IMG/VR virus record: IMGVR_UViG_3300009514_000888
Coordinates: 64,001 to 128,000 of that record
DNA: 64,000 nucleotides
Direction: 5' to 3' (one strand)
From: a virus
Positions within the stretch are counted from its first letter, which is position 1; every line of letters begins with the position of its first letter. The notes beneath the pieces are model-generated. The model had not been told where the DNA came from, did not search any database, and worked only from the letters and a program-made list of their open reading frames with translations. Below, piece after piece: positions 12,301 to 21,583 of the stretch. A program made the translations under genes and the position numbers.

Positions 12301-15300
12301 AATACATCAAAGATTGCGTTCCTGACGCTCATCAATGCCCTTCCTTTTAAGAAGAAAGCACGCGAGAAACTCGCCAGGAATGTTGCTTATTTCCAGAAAA
12401 GAGCGTCTAAGAGCGCAGAAATGCCGAATGCCCTCGATGCTCTGATCATTTCTATCGCCAATCATGCCCATCATGGCTTGAGGGCGGAGGATGTCTATGA
12501 AGCTATCGCTCGCTCCCTAAATAACAAGAAGGCGATGGCCAAGGTAGATAGCCTTGTGCAAACTAAATTGGCTTCCGTTCCTGGAATGGAAGATGAGATT
12601 CTTGATAAGTTTTCGGCTATTGATCGCGCCTTCGATATGGTTGATCGCCCCGAAGACGGTAAATGGCAGGTCAAGGCAACGGTTAAGGAGGTCTTGGCTT
12701 CCGCTAATAAGGAAGCTCGCACCAATAAGGCTAAGTTCATCCAGGCTGCCCATGAGTTCGCTTTGGACCAGATCGGACCTGAACTGGATAAGAAAGCTGG
12801 CGTTCTGCTAGAAATCGAAGTCCAGGATGGCACTGTGTCTGTTACTGAAGGCGATAGCGGAATGGGACTTGAGGGTCCAGATGAACTGCTAGAAGATTTC
12901 GACATGGAGCTACTGGGAGATGAGGGCGACCTCGGCGATGGCCTGGGCGGCGACCTCGGCGACGATGAAAAAGACATGGGCGGCATGGCTGGCACCGGCG
13001 GTATGGCCGGAACAGGCGGCGGCGCAGGTATGAGCTATATGGCGTCTCAGAATGCGCGATCTAAAATCACCAAGCAGGCTCAGCTCATGGGCGGGGAAAT
13101 GGGCGGCCAGGGCGGCGCAGCGCAGGCTCCTGGCGCGGGGGCAACTTTGCCCCAGCCCCCAATGGGAGAAGCGCCTCCAATGGAAAGCTTTACTGGTCAG
13201 GATGACGAGTTGGGCGGCGAATCGCATGACCTGTCTCCGAAGCCACCTGGCTCGATTTGCCCTGTTTGTGGCAGCGAAGATGTTGATGTTGCTGAAGGCG
13301 GAAGTCGTTGCGCCAACTGCGGGAGCGACTTCAGCGTCAAGGTTAATCTCGAAGTTAACGATTGGGCGAACCTCACCAGCACCGAAGATAATCTTGAAAG
13401 CGGCGAATTGGGCGGCGAGGATGAAGGGATGGGATTCGAGATGCCAGAAGGCGGCGGGGCAGGCGCTCCTGAAATGCCTATCGCGGCGATGACTCGCATA
13501 TCTCCCGAAGCTCTTCAAAAGGTTGCCAAGATGGCTGAGGCCATCAAGGGTACGAGCGAAGAGAGCTGGGGTAAGTTCTCAAAGCTTGTATCGGATGGAG
13601 GATACGGGTTAAGCCAGAAGATGGCAGAAAGCTATGCGACTAAGCAGGAAGTTAAGCTTGGATCGATTAGTCCATTGACCGGCAATGATAATACCGTCCA
13701 CATGGGCGGAAATGAATACGTTTGTCTTGCGACTGGCACGAAGTATACGGTTGACTTTGCAACCAATACCAAGAAGCCAGAGCATGTTTATGCCCAATGG
13801 GCTTATACGCCTAGGTATGCAAGCGCAATCTGCCCGTCTTGCAATAGGGCAAGAAAGCGTTTCGCTTCACAGCTTAAAGCATTCGGCGTCAAAGAAGACC
13901 AGTTCGATGCTATGAATCCTTATGAAAAGGCCAAGACCATCGTTGCTATGAAGAAGGCTGGCGTTCTCAAGGAAATCAAGACTGCTGATAAGATCGGAAC
14001 AGTGCTCCAGGATTACAAGAAGGCTTACGGCGTCTTTGGGAATGGCGACAAGTTCCCGATGGAATCTTGCCGACATAAGCTGGCTCGTAAGTGGGGAGAA
14101 AACTCCCTGGCTATTAGCGGACCTTGCGAAGGACAGCCTATCCATGAGTGCGTTTGTAATCAGCTAAAGAATGCAGGAATCTATTCAGATCAGGTTGCCA
14201 TCAAGCTCGCATCTGTTTGGAGCGGAGCTGATGGATTCGAAGATTGCGTTACCGACCAGGTCCGATCCAGACTCTCCCTGAGAGAGGCGGCGGTTGTTTG
14301 CTCGGCCCTGAAAACCGCGCTCGCCAATGATGAAGAATTCCTCGGCGACAGCCTTGGAGATGATATGGGCGGCGACCTCGGCGGCGATGATATGTCCGCC
14401 GTTGGCGATGAGCTCGGCGGCGATGAACTCGGCGACGACTTCGATCCGTTTGATGGCGGAATGGAAGGCGGCGACCTGGGCGGCGGGATGGTGACTTTGG
14501 AACTGTCCGAAGATGTTGCGAAGGAACTCGATGCCAACCTGGATGCCGCTCTTGGTAGCGATCCAACTGATGACCTCGGCGAAGGAGAAAGCCTGGGCGA
14601 GGCCGCTCCTGGGCTGGAAGGCGGCGAAGGGCTTGACGCTGGCGGAGACCTTGGCGTGGGCGGCAGCAATATTGATGAGCTAGATATGCTTGACGAGAAT
14701 GCCTGCAAGCCGTGTCATGATGCGAAGCCCATGATGGGCGGCAATAACATGGTGCCTACTGCTGGTAAGAAGGACAAGAATGAAGGAAAGAACGTCGATG
14801 AGTTTGTAAACAATGAACTTAAGGAGCCTGGCGATCTCAAGGGAGTTGAAACCAAGAAATCGTCTGACTCGGTCCAGCACAAGGAGGCCTCTCATATGAG
14901 AAGTAGCTTTAGCAGAACAGGACAGGTAGAAATGGACCTGCTCTCAGTAGCACGAAAACTCGGCCTCTCTAAAGAATCTGGCGAAAAAGAAATTCAACAA
15001 GAACTCGTTCAAGACTCCGGCGATATCGGTTCTTACTCTGCTGGCGACCCGCTCGGCAGCGATCTCCCGTCCGCAATGGGGCATGAAACCGAATCCGTCT
15101 CCACCGCAGAGCATCCCAGCGTTCCTCGCGGCGAAGCCCTGATGGGACACGAGTCTGATAATATTGATAAGTCCGAACCCCTGCCGCATATCCCGTCTGA
15201 TAAAGGCACGATGGGGCATGAGGACGAAGTCGGACTGTCCGGCGGCGATGTCCGCTTCACGGGCGGATATGGGGCTGGCGGAGCTGGCTCTCCTGGCGCT

Positions 15301-16125
15301 GGCCAGGCAGAAACTAATGCCGCCTCCGAAGAGCAACTTCGCAAAGAAGCAGAAGAAAAGGTATTGAATGAAGTTGCCCGCATGAGAGGACTCGGCGGAA
15401 ACACAAAGTCCAGTATCGATTCTCTGGTTGATCGTTTGCTGGCCAATGCCGAAAAACCGCTCAAGCAAGCAGACTTCGGAAAATTAAAGGCCCCTAAGCC
15501 TGTTGCAGATGATAAGGATATCCAGCCAGTCGATGGCGGCGGCAAGGGTATCGCGCATGAACCGAATTTCTCGGCGGATACGCCGACGAATACCGAGGGA
15601 GGCAAGACCACATCCCTGATGGGACATGAGCGAGAATCGCTCGGTGGCGCTCCCAAATCCCCCGCCGATCATCCTACGGTCCCTGCTGATAATCAGCTGA
15701 TGGGTCATGAGGAAGGCGGCGAGGTTGGACCTGAAAAAGGTAGAGAAAACAAGGGTACCGTCATCGCAGGAGACGATGGTGCGTCCGAGGCTCGTACGAA
15801 ACTCGCAACAACCGTTGCGGCTGAAATGATGCAGTCCGGCCTGATCAAGGTCAATGAACTGCATAGTAAAATTGTTGAACTCAGCAAGTATGAGCCTGCC
15901 CAGATTCAAGACATTCGTAAGGCAATGTTTTCAGGGCGTAAAGGACTCGACACGGTATCGGACGGGCTCGAGCGGCCTGTAATCATCAATGAAGCTAGTA
16001 ATCAGAGAGATGGTAATCATGAACTCTCTGAAAAGCTCCAATCGATGTTTACCCTTTCAAAGCGAACAGAAGAGGCTTTGAAAGACCCAGATTTCGCTCT
16101 CAAATATGCTCATAGAGTGTTTTGA
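9391..16125 (+). CDS. Prohead maturation protease fused to a very long scaffold-like region; contains one intein (2003 aa after splicing)
   Basis: N-terminal NDNGDYF/PVFTNH/STSMG|C..CSIC pattern of HK97/assemblin-fold proteases, followed by acidic low-complexity and coiled regions; directly upstream of decoration and capsid genes. Confidence 0.78.
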   Translation: MSLTKTATSNNCSIHPLNNPGWDIYKLPEMVKMASLEKSKGEDLGGFDLGAAVKDHPDNLFVKIFAIKEDEVNDNGDYFSAEELEKSAGTFVGVPVFTNHQNDDIERARGECVHAWYDKDAQGIFIIARVDKIAYPKLARGIEEQIIKSTSMGASRGHDLVTMSDYSYKRVDELKIGDQVITHTGRTESVHALCRTQEHDELYHIKWNGKKSGLALSHEHPVLILRHDDLHLAQPTGERCRKTPLEINENIKPAFVEASQVREGDYVLEIIDGPRSDIDTEIGRVALNTGAPVTLSGHDVVALTSTVMDPDAEYTGHHFAISDPLSAFSYKVKLNKRSKRLKFDSFFYDKYIAHRVESVDKIRNTEPTYYVQIGEIDDTESDHSYILNDIATHNCSVEGSVCSICHNYSTTADSYCTHIRNQKTRKTSTTCKCKYHESADLDGSKKDEPCPVCGATKSDSKQLKHSDQEVFEYNYGLKFIENSFVVNPACHTCGVACILNEPEINKKVAFLQERIQKLSHDFNKGIKLGKNAGREELDALQEAMNNIEKVSKSMLAQKDQVDLEFVSDLVKLMSDLQDTTDELMEMGYAQLPSPPDFVTGSGVEGDVTFPDPTAGIPQPAQQMGPPPATQTTQTPSATQTDIIGGLGSVTKPAMSTLVNQKKEFIRTSSNLGKKISALARRINNLARSSTVSDAHTHVWDDGSDPSSRNVLIDETYITESQGDTVLRVSAISELPTDLQKMIRSNPQEAGRRVLASYKESGYTMKDNSTEKTAAVGPFGKDSASQQEVITEKQLRNEPPDLHPRWGDTYEQITESNEQLGRSDDKMHDTTSDSPQKRLGTYETITEDQLKVVTDGHIVRANDWPEVVTEKQWTDMARLVSAELPDDWTERITEAQIRDLLDHHRFVGPYETITEDQLKNQDWGIKRWASATYTQQLAKVAVNAISDAIARFNKTPEEIDRVASYVNDNPVNTSKIAFLTLINALPFKKKAREKLARNVAYFQKRASKSAEMPNALDALIISIANHAHHGLRAEDVYEAIARSLNNKKAMAKVDSLVQTKLASVPGMEDEILDKFSAIDRAFDMVDRPEDGKWQVKATVKEVLASANKEARTNKAKFIQAAHEFALDQIGPELDKKAGVLLEIEVQDGTVSVTEGDSGMGLEGPDELLEDFDMELLGDEGDLGDGLGGDLGDDEKDMGGMAGTGGMAGTGGGAGMSYMASQNARSKITKQAQLMGGEMGGQGGAAQAPGAGATLPQPPMGEAPPMESFTGQDDELGGESHDLSPKPPGSICPVCGSEDVDVAEGGSRCANCGSDFSVKVNLEVNDWANLTSTEDNLESGELGGEDEGMGFEMPEGGGAGAPEMPIAAMTRISPEALQKVAKMAEAIKGTSEESWGKFSKLVSDGGYGLSQKMAESYATKQEVKLGSISPLTGNDNTVHMGGNEYVCLATGTKYTVDFATNTKKPEHVYAQWAYTPRYASAICPSCNRARKRFASQLKAFGVKEDQFDAMNPYEKAKTIVAMKKAGVLKEIKTADKIGTVLQDYKKAYGVFGNGDKFPMESCRHKLARKWGENSLAISGPCEGQPIHECVCNQLKNAGIYSDQVAIKLASVWSGADGFEDCVTDQVRSRLSLREAAVVCSALKTALANDEEFLGDSLGDDMGGDLGGDDMSAVGDELGGDELGDDFDPFDGGMEGGDLGGGMVTLELSEDVAKELDANLDAALGSDPTDDLGEGESLGEAAPGLEGGEGLDAGGDLGVGGSNIDELDMLDENACKPCHDAKPMMGGNNMVPTAGKKDKNEGKNVDEFVNNELKEPGDLKGVETKKSSDSVQHKEASHMRSSFSRTGQVEMDLLSVARKLGLSKESGEKEIQQELVQDSGDIGSYSAGDPLGSDLPSAMGHETESVSTAEHPSVPRGEALMGHESDNIDKSEPLPHIPSDKGTMGHEDEVGLSGGDVRFTGGYGAGGAGSPGAGQAETNAASEEQLRKEAEEKVLNEVARMRGLGGNTKSSIDSLVDRLLANAEKPLKQADFGKLKAPKPVADDKDIQPVDGGGKGIAHEPNFSADTPTNTEGGKTTSLMGHERESLGGAPKSPADHPTVPADNQLMGHEEGGEVGPEKGRENKGTVIAGDDGASEARTKLATTVAAEMMQSGLIKVNELHSKIVELSKYEPAQIQDIRKAMFSGRKGLDTVSDGLERPVIINEASNQRDGNHELSEKLQSMFTLSKRTEEALKDPDFALKYAHRVF
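9850..10572 (+). mobile_element. Ala1 intein in the prohead protease (241 aa, no intact endonuclease)
   Basis: ASRGHDLVTMSDYSYKRVDELKIGDQVITHTG aligns residue-for-residue to block A with Ala in place of Cys1; SHEH block B; THN|C terminus. Confidence 0.85.
11752..12141 (+). repeat. Six (I/V)TExxx peptide repeats in the scaffold region
   Basis: VITEKQL, YEQITESNEQL, YETITEDQL, VVTEKQW, RITEAQI, YETITEDQL. Confidence 0.8.
15076..15711 (+). repeat. Five MGHE peptide repeats (plus one IAHE) in the scaffold region
   Basis: MGHE codons start at 15076, 15142, 15211, 15619 and 15700. Confidence 0.85.
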
Positions 16126-16147
16126 GCAAAGCTAGGAGAAAGTACAA

Positions 16148-16738
16148 ATGGCTCTCATTGAGATTTACCATGTAGTTGCTGACTTCTTCGATGTTAACCC
16201 CCTCGCCGATTGGACGGCAACTGAAGGGCAATGGGGTTCCCTCGTCGAACAAGGCGGCAAAACCTATGTCGAACCAGCCGGTGCGACTTCAAACGTTATG
16301 GGTTGCTTAGGCGACTCGCGTTTGACCAATACCGCTGGCACGCCATATGCAGCCGATCTGATCATTGGCGCTCACCAGCCCAATCCCACGACTGGCAAGT
16401 CCCGTTCAACCCAGAACCGTGTAAGCGATAGCTTTGACGAAACTCTTGCCTCCGGCAAGATGACCGTCTATCACGGCGGCGGAAAGTTCGCGACTGACCA
16501 GTTCGAAACGTTGACTGGCGGCAACCCAATCGATTACAACCCAGGACAAGCCCTCTATGTTAGCGCTAATGCTAACCTGACTAACGTCGGAACGAGCGGC
16601 ACAAACCCGCGAGTTGGCTTCCTCGTTGAAGGTCCGAAAGACTTCCCAAGCGGAGTCCCAGGTACCGATACGCCGGATGGCTCGCTCTCTCTGGGCAGTT
16701 ATGTCACCTTTGTGATGGACATCCAGAATCCCGACTAA
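16148..16738 (+). CDS. Putative head decoration/cement protein
   Basis: 196-aa G/T/P-rich ORF between protease-scaffold and capsid; AGGAG RBS; assignment by synteny. Confidence 0.55.
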   Translation: MALIEIYHVVADFFDVNPLADWTATEGQWGSLVEQGGKTYVEPAGATSNVMGCLGDSRLTNTAGTPYAADLIIGAHQPNPTTGKSRSTQNRVSDSFDETLASGKMTVYHGGGKFATDQFETLTGGNPIDYNPGQALYVSANANLTNVGTSGTNPRVGFLVEGPKDFPSGVPGTDTPDGSLSLGSYVTFVMDIQNPD

Positions 16739-16835
16739 TTTGTAATAATTAGATTCGGACTAAAAAAAGAATCATCAAATTGCTCCTTGAGGTTTGGAAA
16801 CGAATATTCAAGGGTAATTGATAGGAGAAAGACAA

Positions 16836-19800
16836 ATGAGTCTTGCTAAGAATGGTCTTTCAGACCAAGATAAGGAAATGGTTATTGCCCAAGCGCTGAA
16901 TACCGACGAAGGTCGCACAGCTCTTGCCCAGGCAATGGTAGAGCCTATCCGCCGCTCGCTTGAGTAGATTGATGCTCCTCGTATTGGCAACAATATGAGC
17001 AAACTCGGCTTATTTGCGTGAAACCTAAATCTGAAAAGATATGGTAATACGCAGGGAAGTCTAAAGGAAACTATGATAAACGCAATCTCAAAACCTAATT
17101 ACCAAGACGTTCGCAGTATGTATTGCGAGCAGGGGTATACGTTTGCAGAAATCGCAAATGAATACGAATGCAGCTCGTCTATGATTAGAAAGATTGCGAA
17201 AAGGCATAACATCCCCATTATGAGGGGAAGAAGTAAAACAAGAAAAGTTATTGTTCAAAAATCCAAAATATCACTAGCTCTAACAAGAAATGATATTGAA
17301 CGATTTGGAAACGCCTTCTCCAGACAAGCATATGAGATGTCTATGGGATCGCTCCTGGGAGATGCGTTTTTGAAGGTAAGGCAAAATAAGTATAATTCAA
17401 GGTATAATATTTATTTTGCCCATTCTGTTGATCAGAGGCATTACCTGGAATACAAGAGAGAATTTTTCTCTGATGAAGAAGCCAATGATATCAGAATCGA
17501 ATACAGGGACAATAATGATACTTATATCAAAGGGAAAAAAGTCAACCAGAAAGACTTGGTAGTTTTTTCAACCAAGTCATACAATTTAAGTAATCTTCAT
17601 AGAATGTTATATAAAAACAATGTTAAACGCATTACGATGGAATACTTGAAATTGCTTACTCCATTATCTTTGGCTACATGGTACATGGATGATGGCAGCT
17701 ATAATAAGCAAAATCGTTTGATTAGAATCGCTACAATGTGTTTCACTAATAAAGAAAATAACATACTCAAGGATTACTTCTATAACAGGTTGAAAATGCC
17801 ATGCTTTCTTGAAAAAGTTAATTGTGGACATGGTCGTTCAATTGTATTAACACAAAACTCTACAAGAAAGTTCTTGGCTCTTATATATCCTTATGCCTGC
17901 AAGATGATGCAATACAAGTTTCCTAATGACCCCTCAGAGACTCTGAAAGCTGTTACGACAGTGAGTAAGGAAGCGCTCGCAAGAGTCGCTTAATAGCGCT
18001 GGGCATCCGTATAACGGATGATGATATAGTCCAACCCTCAATGAAAATTGAGAATAGTTGATCAAGCGGTCGGACGTAAGCTGCTGATGGTGGATTAACC
18101 TAAAAAGCTTGTCCACCTAGAATCGCGAGATTCTATCAAAAAAACCAGACTCATATCGGGGAAACCTAAATCGAAAGATAAGGCAATCCCGAGGGAAGTT
18201 TAAGGAAAGTTCTTGAAGGTTCACAATGAGTAAGAAATACGAAATTAACACTGATAAAGTCATTTCTTCTTATATGGAGAAGAATATGACCATGAAAGAG
18301 ATAGCATCTCAATATGGATGTCATCGTAGTGTTATCGCTCGTATTCTTAGTATGGCTTACAAGAATAAGCTTTCTGATAACCCCGTAGAGACTTGCCCAG
18401 ATATGGGCAGAGTGTCAGTACTGAAATGTTCTGATGCTAATACGTCTGGCTCTTCCTCTTATTGGAAGATGATGGTATAGTCCACGGCTCCCGAAAGGGA
18501 TGACCGATTGGAGCTTCCACAAGGCGCTCTTGCTCGTTACGAGCGAGACGTTGCCTCCATCGCTCACGTCGTTTCTCGTCGCGGCGCAGTGCCCGACCAG
18601 ATCGTCGAAGGCGAAGAAATCCTCGTTCCTACTTTCGAAATCGCCGCGAACCCCACGGTTCGTCTTAGCGAAATCAAGGCACGCCGCTTAATGACGATTT
18701 AAGTAGAGGTGGCGTTAAATCCGACCAAATGCTGGAAACCCCTTAGAGCCTTGAATACCAAAGCGTAACAATTTCAAGGATTGGGCAATCAGCAGGAAAG
18801 AACCCGAAAGCATTATGAAACTTATAGAACAACAAGACAAGATAGTAAGAATGTATTTGGATGAAAAGAAATCCATTCGCGCTATTGCTAGACTTTTGGA
18901 TTGTTCTATGTCTGGGATCAAAAGTATTTTGCATAAAAATAATGTCAAGATGAGAAATAAGTGTGAATCTCTAAATTTGTGCCCAGATAGTTTCAGCGAG
19001 GAAGAATTTGATATTGTATTCGGAACTACGCTTGGAGATGGACATATCACCAAGAAGAGAGGACCGAAAGGCGAATGCCAACTATATGTTGGTCATGGCT
19101 TGAAGCAAAGCGATTACTTAAACTGGAAGTACCAGAAAATGTTGCGCTTTGTTTCCGGTATGCCATATGAGCTAAAGCATTACTTGAAATCGAATAAGAA
19201 GACCTATATAACATTGAACTTTATTACTAGAAAAAGTTCATTGTTTACAAAGATGAGAGAAGCCTTTTATCCAGAAGGAAAAAAGGTAATCCCCTGCGAT
19301 TTCGAAGATAAGATTAATGCAAAATCATTAGCTATTTGGTATATGGATGATGGATATAGGTATAAGAACAAAAACAATATCGAAATTCATACTCAATGCT
19401 TTACTCATGAAGATCAATTAAGAATATTGAAAATTCTTAAGAAGAAGTTTGGAATAGTATCTCACATAAGAACCCTTCCCACAAGAAAAGAGATTGTATT
19501 TATACCCTCTGCATCTTGCGGTAAGTTTCTACAAGTTGTGAATGATCATATTGTTCCAAGCATGAGATATAAAGGGTTATCCTCAGAGGCTATTACGTCG
19601 GACATGCTCCTAAAAAAGCATGAAGATAGAGTCCGTTCTGCCAGGAAACTGGTAGAGATAACCTAACGGTTATCTGCCCAAAGAATCCAGATATGGATCA
19701 TGGGTGCAAAAATAACATTAAGTTTACATCGTAGATAGAGCCCAGATTAAGGCCAAAGAAGCTATCCAGAAGGAAGAAGATACGAATATCTTTAATGCGC

Positions 19801-20252
19801 TGATCGCTGCCGCCGATACTCGCGGCGACCAGGTTGTGACGAACGTTGGTACCCTTACCATCGCTAGCCTCAATACTGCGTTCCGCTTGATTGAACAGCA
19901 CGACTTAGTGGCTGCGAAGATTGTCCTGCATGCCAACCAGTATGCTTCCGTAAGAACGTTCGGAAAAGATTTCTACGATGAGGCGACAACTCGAGAAATC
20001 ATCACGACAGGACTTTACGGACACCTGTGGACGGCTGACCTGCATGTTTCTTCCAGAATGGATTCAAATACTGTTCTGGTAGTAGCTTCCGCAGAGAATG
20101 TTGGCGCATTCCCAATCAGGCAGGATATTACTGTCCTTCCTGCTGACGATCCAAAGAAATTAAGATTGGGTTGGGTGATCTACGAGGAAGTAGGAATTGT
20201 TGTAGTCAACGACTACGCAATCTCCAAGATTGACGTTTCCGCTGCTACCTAA
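16836..20252 (+). CDS. Major capsid protein, spliced from 4 exons (16836-16965, 18061-18095, 18511-18688, 19723-20252), 290 aa
   Basis: Joining exons at U|...G| boundaries gives one continuous frame: MSLAKNG...EPIRRSLE-Y-QAVGRKLLMVD-ELPQG...EIKARR-F-YIVDRAQIKAKEAIQKEED...YEEVGIVVVNDYAISKIDVSAAT*; AGGAG RBS and downstream terminator. Confidence 0.9.
16966..18060 (+). mobile_element. Group I intron 1 in the capsid gene (1095 nt)
   Basis: P1 GAGU/GCUC with U.G at the splice site; P10 UUGAU/AUCAA; Q-like AAUACGCAG, R CAGAGACU, S GAUAUAGUCC; terminal G. Confidence 0.9.
17073..17993 (+). CDS. Intron-encoded LAGLIDADG homing endonuclease with N-terminal HTH
   Basis: MGSLLGDAF and LATWYMDDGS motifs; the 3' end overlaps intron element R. 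Confidence 0.88.
   Translation: MINAISKPNYQDVRSMYCEQGYTFAEIANEYECSSSMIRKIAKRHNIPIMRGRSKTRKVIVQKSKISLALTRNDIERFGNAFSRQAYEMSMGSLLGDAFLKVRQNKYNSRYNIYFAHSVDQRHYLEYKREFFSDEEANDIRIEYRDNNDTYIKGKKVNQKDLVVFSTKSYNLSNLHRMLYKNNVKRITMEYLKLLTPLSLATWYMDDGSYNKQNRLIRIATMCFTNKENNILKDYFYNRLKMPCFLEKVNCGHGRSIVLTQNSTRKFLALIYPYACKMMQYKFPNDPSETLKAVTTVSKEALARVA
18096..18510 (+). mobile_element. Group I intron 2 in the capsid gene (415 nt)
   Basis: P1 GGUGGAU/GUCCACC (18111-18117); Q AAUCCCGAG, R GUAGAGACU, S GGUAUAGUCC; terminal G. Confidence 0.9.
18226..18480 (+). pseudogene. Truncated homing-endonuclease remnant (HTH only) in intron 2
   Basis: MTMKEIASQYGCHRSVIARIL resembles the HTH of the intron 1 and 3 endonucleases; no nuclease motif; the frame runs into the intron core. 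Confidence 0.6.
18689..19722 (+). mobile_element. Group I intron 3 in the capsid gene (1034 nt)
   Basis: P1 ACGCCGCU/GGUGGCGU (18708-18715); Q AAUCAGCAG, R CAGAGGCU, S GAUAGAGUCC; terminal G. Confidence 0.9.
18815..19666 (+). CDS. Intron-encoded LAGLIDADG homing endonuclease with N-terminal HTH
   Basis: FGTTLGDGH and LAIWYMDDGY motifs. Confidence 0.88.
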   Translation: MKLIEQQDKIVRMYLDEKKSIRAIARLLDCSMSGIKSILHKNNVKMRNKCESLNLCPDSFSEEEFDIVFGTTLGDGHITKKRGPKGECQLYVGHGLKQSDYLNWKYQKMLRFVSGMPYELKHYLKSNKKTYITLNFITRKSSLFTKMREAFYPEGKKVIPCDFEDKINAKSLAIWYMDDGYRYKNKNNIEIHTQCFTHEDQLRILKILKKKFGIVSHIRTLPTRKEIVFIPSASCGKFLQVVNDHIVPSMRYKGLSSEAITSDMLLKKHEDRVRSARKLVEIT

Positions 20253-20278
20253 TAGACTTACGTAAAACTGAATACCTC

Positions 20279-20307
20279 AAAGCCCCCAAATTAGGGGGCT
20301 TTTTTTT
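20279..20307 (+). terminator. Intrinsic terminator after the capsid gene
   Basis: AAAGCCCCC-AAATTA-GGGGGCTTT followed by a T tract. Confidence 0.85.
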
Positions 20308-20356
20308 AACTCTTTCGTATATAACTTTTTTCCAAATATCTCTTTATATATAACTT

Positions 20357-21583
20357 TTGCTAAAGAGTAGTTGTGATTTAGTCGATGGTAGTGTTATGTC
20401 TAAGGCAGGTAAGATTAAGGTTCTTTTTCCCCATCTTTATCAGGAGCTAGATCGTTTTTCTAATAAGGGTATAGATTTGGATGGATTAACATCTGGCTCC
20501 AATGCATACGTTTGGTGGAGATGTGTCTATGGTCACTCTTGGAAAGCCCAGGTCTATAATCGTGTTAAGGGGACAGGATGCCCTTACTGCTCTGGAAATG
20601 CCATATCAGACAATAGTCTACAAAAGAAGCAACCTGACTTGGCTTCTCAATTCTGTAAGATCAAGAACGATCTGTCTCCAGACGAGATTTCTTTCTGTAG
20701 TAATAAGAAGGTTTGGTGGAAGTGTTCTAAGGCGGATGATCACGTTTGGAAGGCAACGCCCAATGATCGAAACAAAGCATCTGGGTGTCCTTTTTGTTCT
20801 GGTCGCCGAGCATCGAAAGATAATAATTTGCTAGATAAATACCCTGAAATTGCTAATCAATGGCATCCTACAAAAAATGGCGCATTAACACCCTCAGATT
20901 TGACGCCAGCTAGCGGGAAGAAAGTGTGGTGGAAGTGTAAGGTAGCTAGCGACCATGAGTGGCTTGCCTCTCCTAACACAAGAATCAATATGACAAACAG
21001 TTTAAGCTGTCCATTTTGCACAGGTCGCAAGGTGTGTAATTCGAATTGCCTGTCTACCACTCACGAGTTTTTACTAGATAGTTGGGATTTTAAGAAGAAT
21101 GAGATATCTCCTACAGAAATAACTTATTCTTCTCATAAAAAGATTTGGTGGATATGCGACAAGAAGCATAGTTGGTGTGCAAATGTATATAGTAGATCAG
21201 CAGGGAAGGGGTGCCAGCAATGCAATTTATCCAAAGGCGAGGCAAAGGTTGCTAAAGTTTTGTCTGACATGGGGATGTACTTCCAAAAAGAGTATAGATT
21301 TAAGAAATCCAAGATTCCCAGGAGAAAGTTTGATTTTGCGGTGTTTAATCAATCTATCCATTTGATAGAGTATCATGGGATTCAGCATTATGAGCCTGTT
21401 TCTTTTGGCTCTAAGACAGTTAAGGGGCAACAAACTCTAAAAAGAATTCAGCATAGGGATCAACTGAAGAGGGAATGGGTATTGGATAATGGTTATCCTC
21501 TTTTAGAGATACCCTATTGGGATTTTGATCAAATAGAACACTTAATAAGAGATTTTCTTTATGAGCGAAAGAAAGATTCATAA
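20357..21583 (+). CDS. Repeated zinc-ribbon protein with C-terminal PD-(D/E)XK-like endonuclease (free-standing HEG-like)
   Basis: Four to five WWKC..H.W.A....R...GCP.C repeats; FDFAV...LIEYHGIQHY terminus; start codon uncertain. Confidence 0.75.
   Translation: MLKSSCDLVDGSVMSKAGKIKVLFPHLYQELDRFSNKGIDLDGLTSGSNAYVWWRCVYGHSWKAQVYNRVKGTGCPYCSGNAISDNSLQKKQPDLASQFCKIKNDLSPDEISFCSNKKVWWKCSKADDHVWKATPNDRNKASGCPFCSGRRASKDNNLLDKYPEIANQWHPTKNGALTPSDLTPASGKKVWWKCKVASDHEWLASPNTRINMTNSLSCPFCTGRKVCNSNCLSTTHEFLLDSWDFKKNEISPTEITYSSHKKIWWICDKKHSWCANVYSRSAGKGCQQCNLSKGEAKVAKVLSDMGMYFQKEYRFKKSKIPRRKFDFAVFNQSIHLIEYHGIQHYEPVSFGSKTVKGQQTLKRIQHRDQLKREWVLDNGYPLLEIPYWDFDQIEHLIRDFLYERKKDS

Noticed and set aside
12495-15909. 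Long antisense ORFs over the scaffold gene and over the portal linker (7168-7569)
   Set aside because: Shadows of GC-rich low-complexity codons; no RBS or motifs.
18508-18702. Track ORFs 18508-18702 and 19836-20252 as independent genes
   Set aside because: They are capsid exons 3 and 4 (partial), with no RBS of their own.
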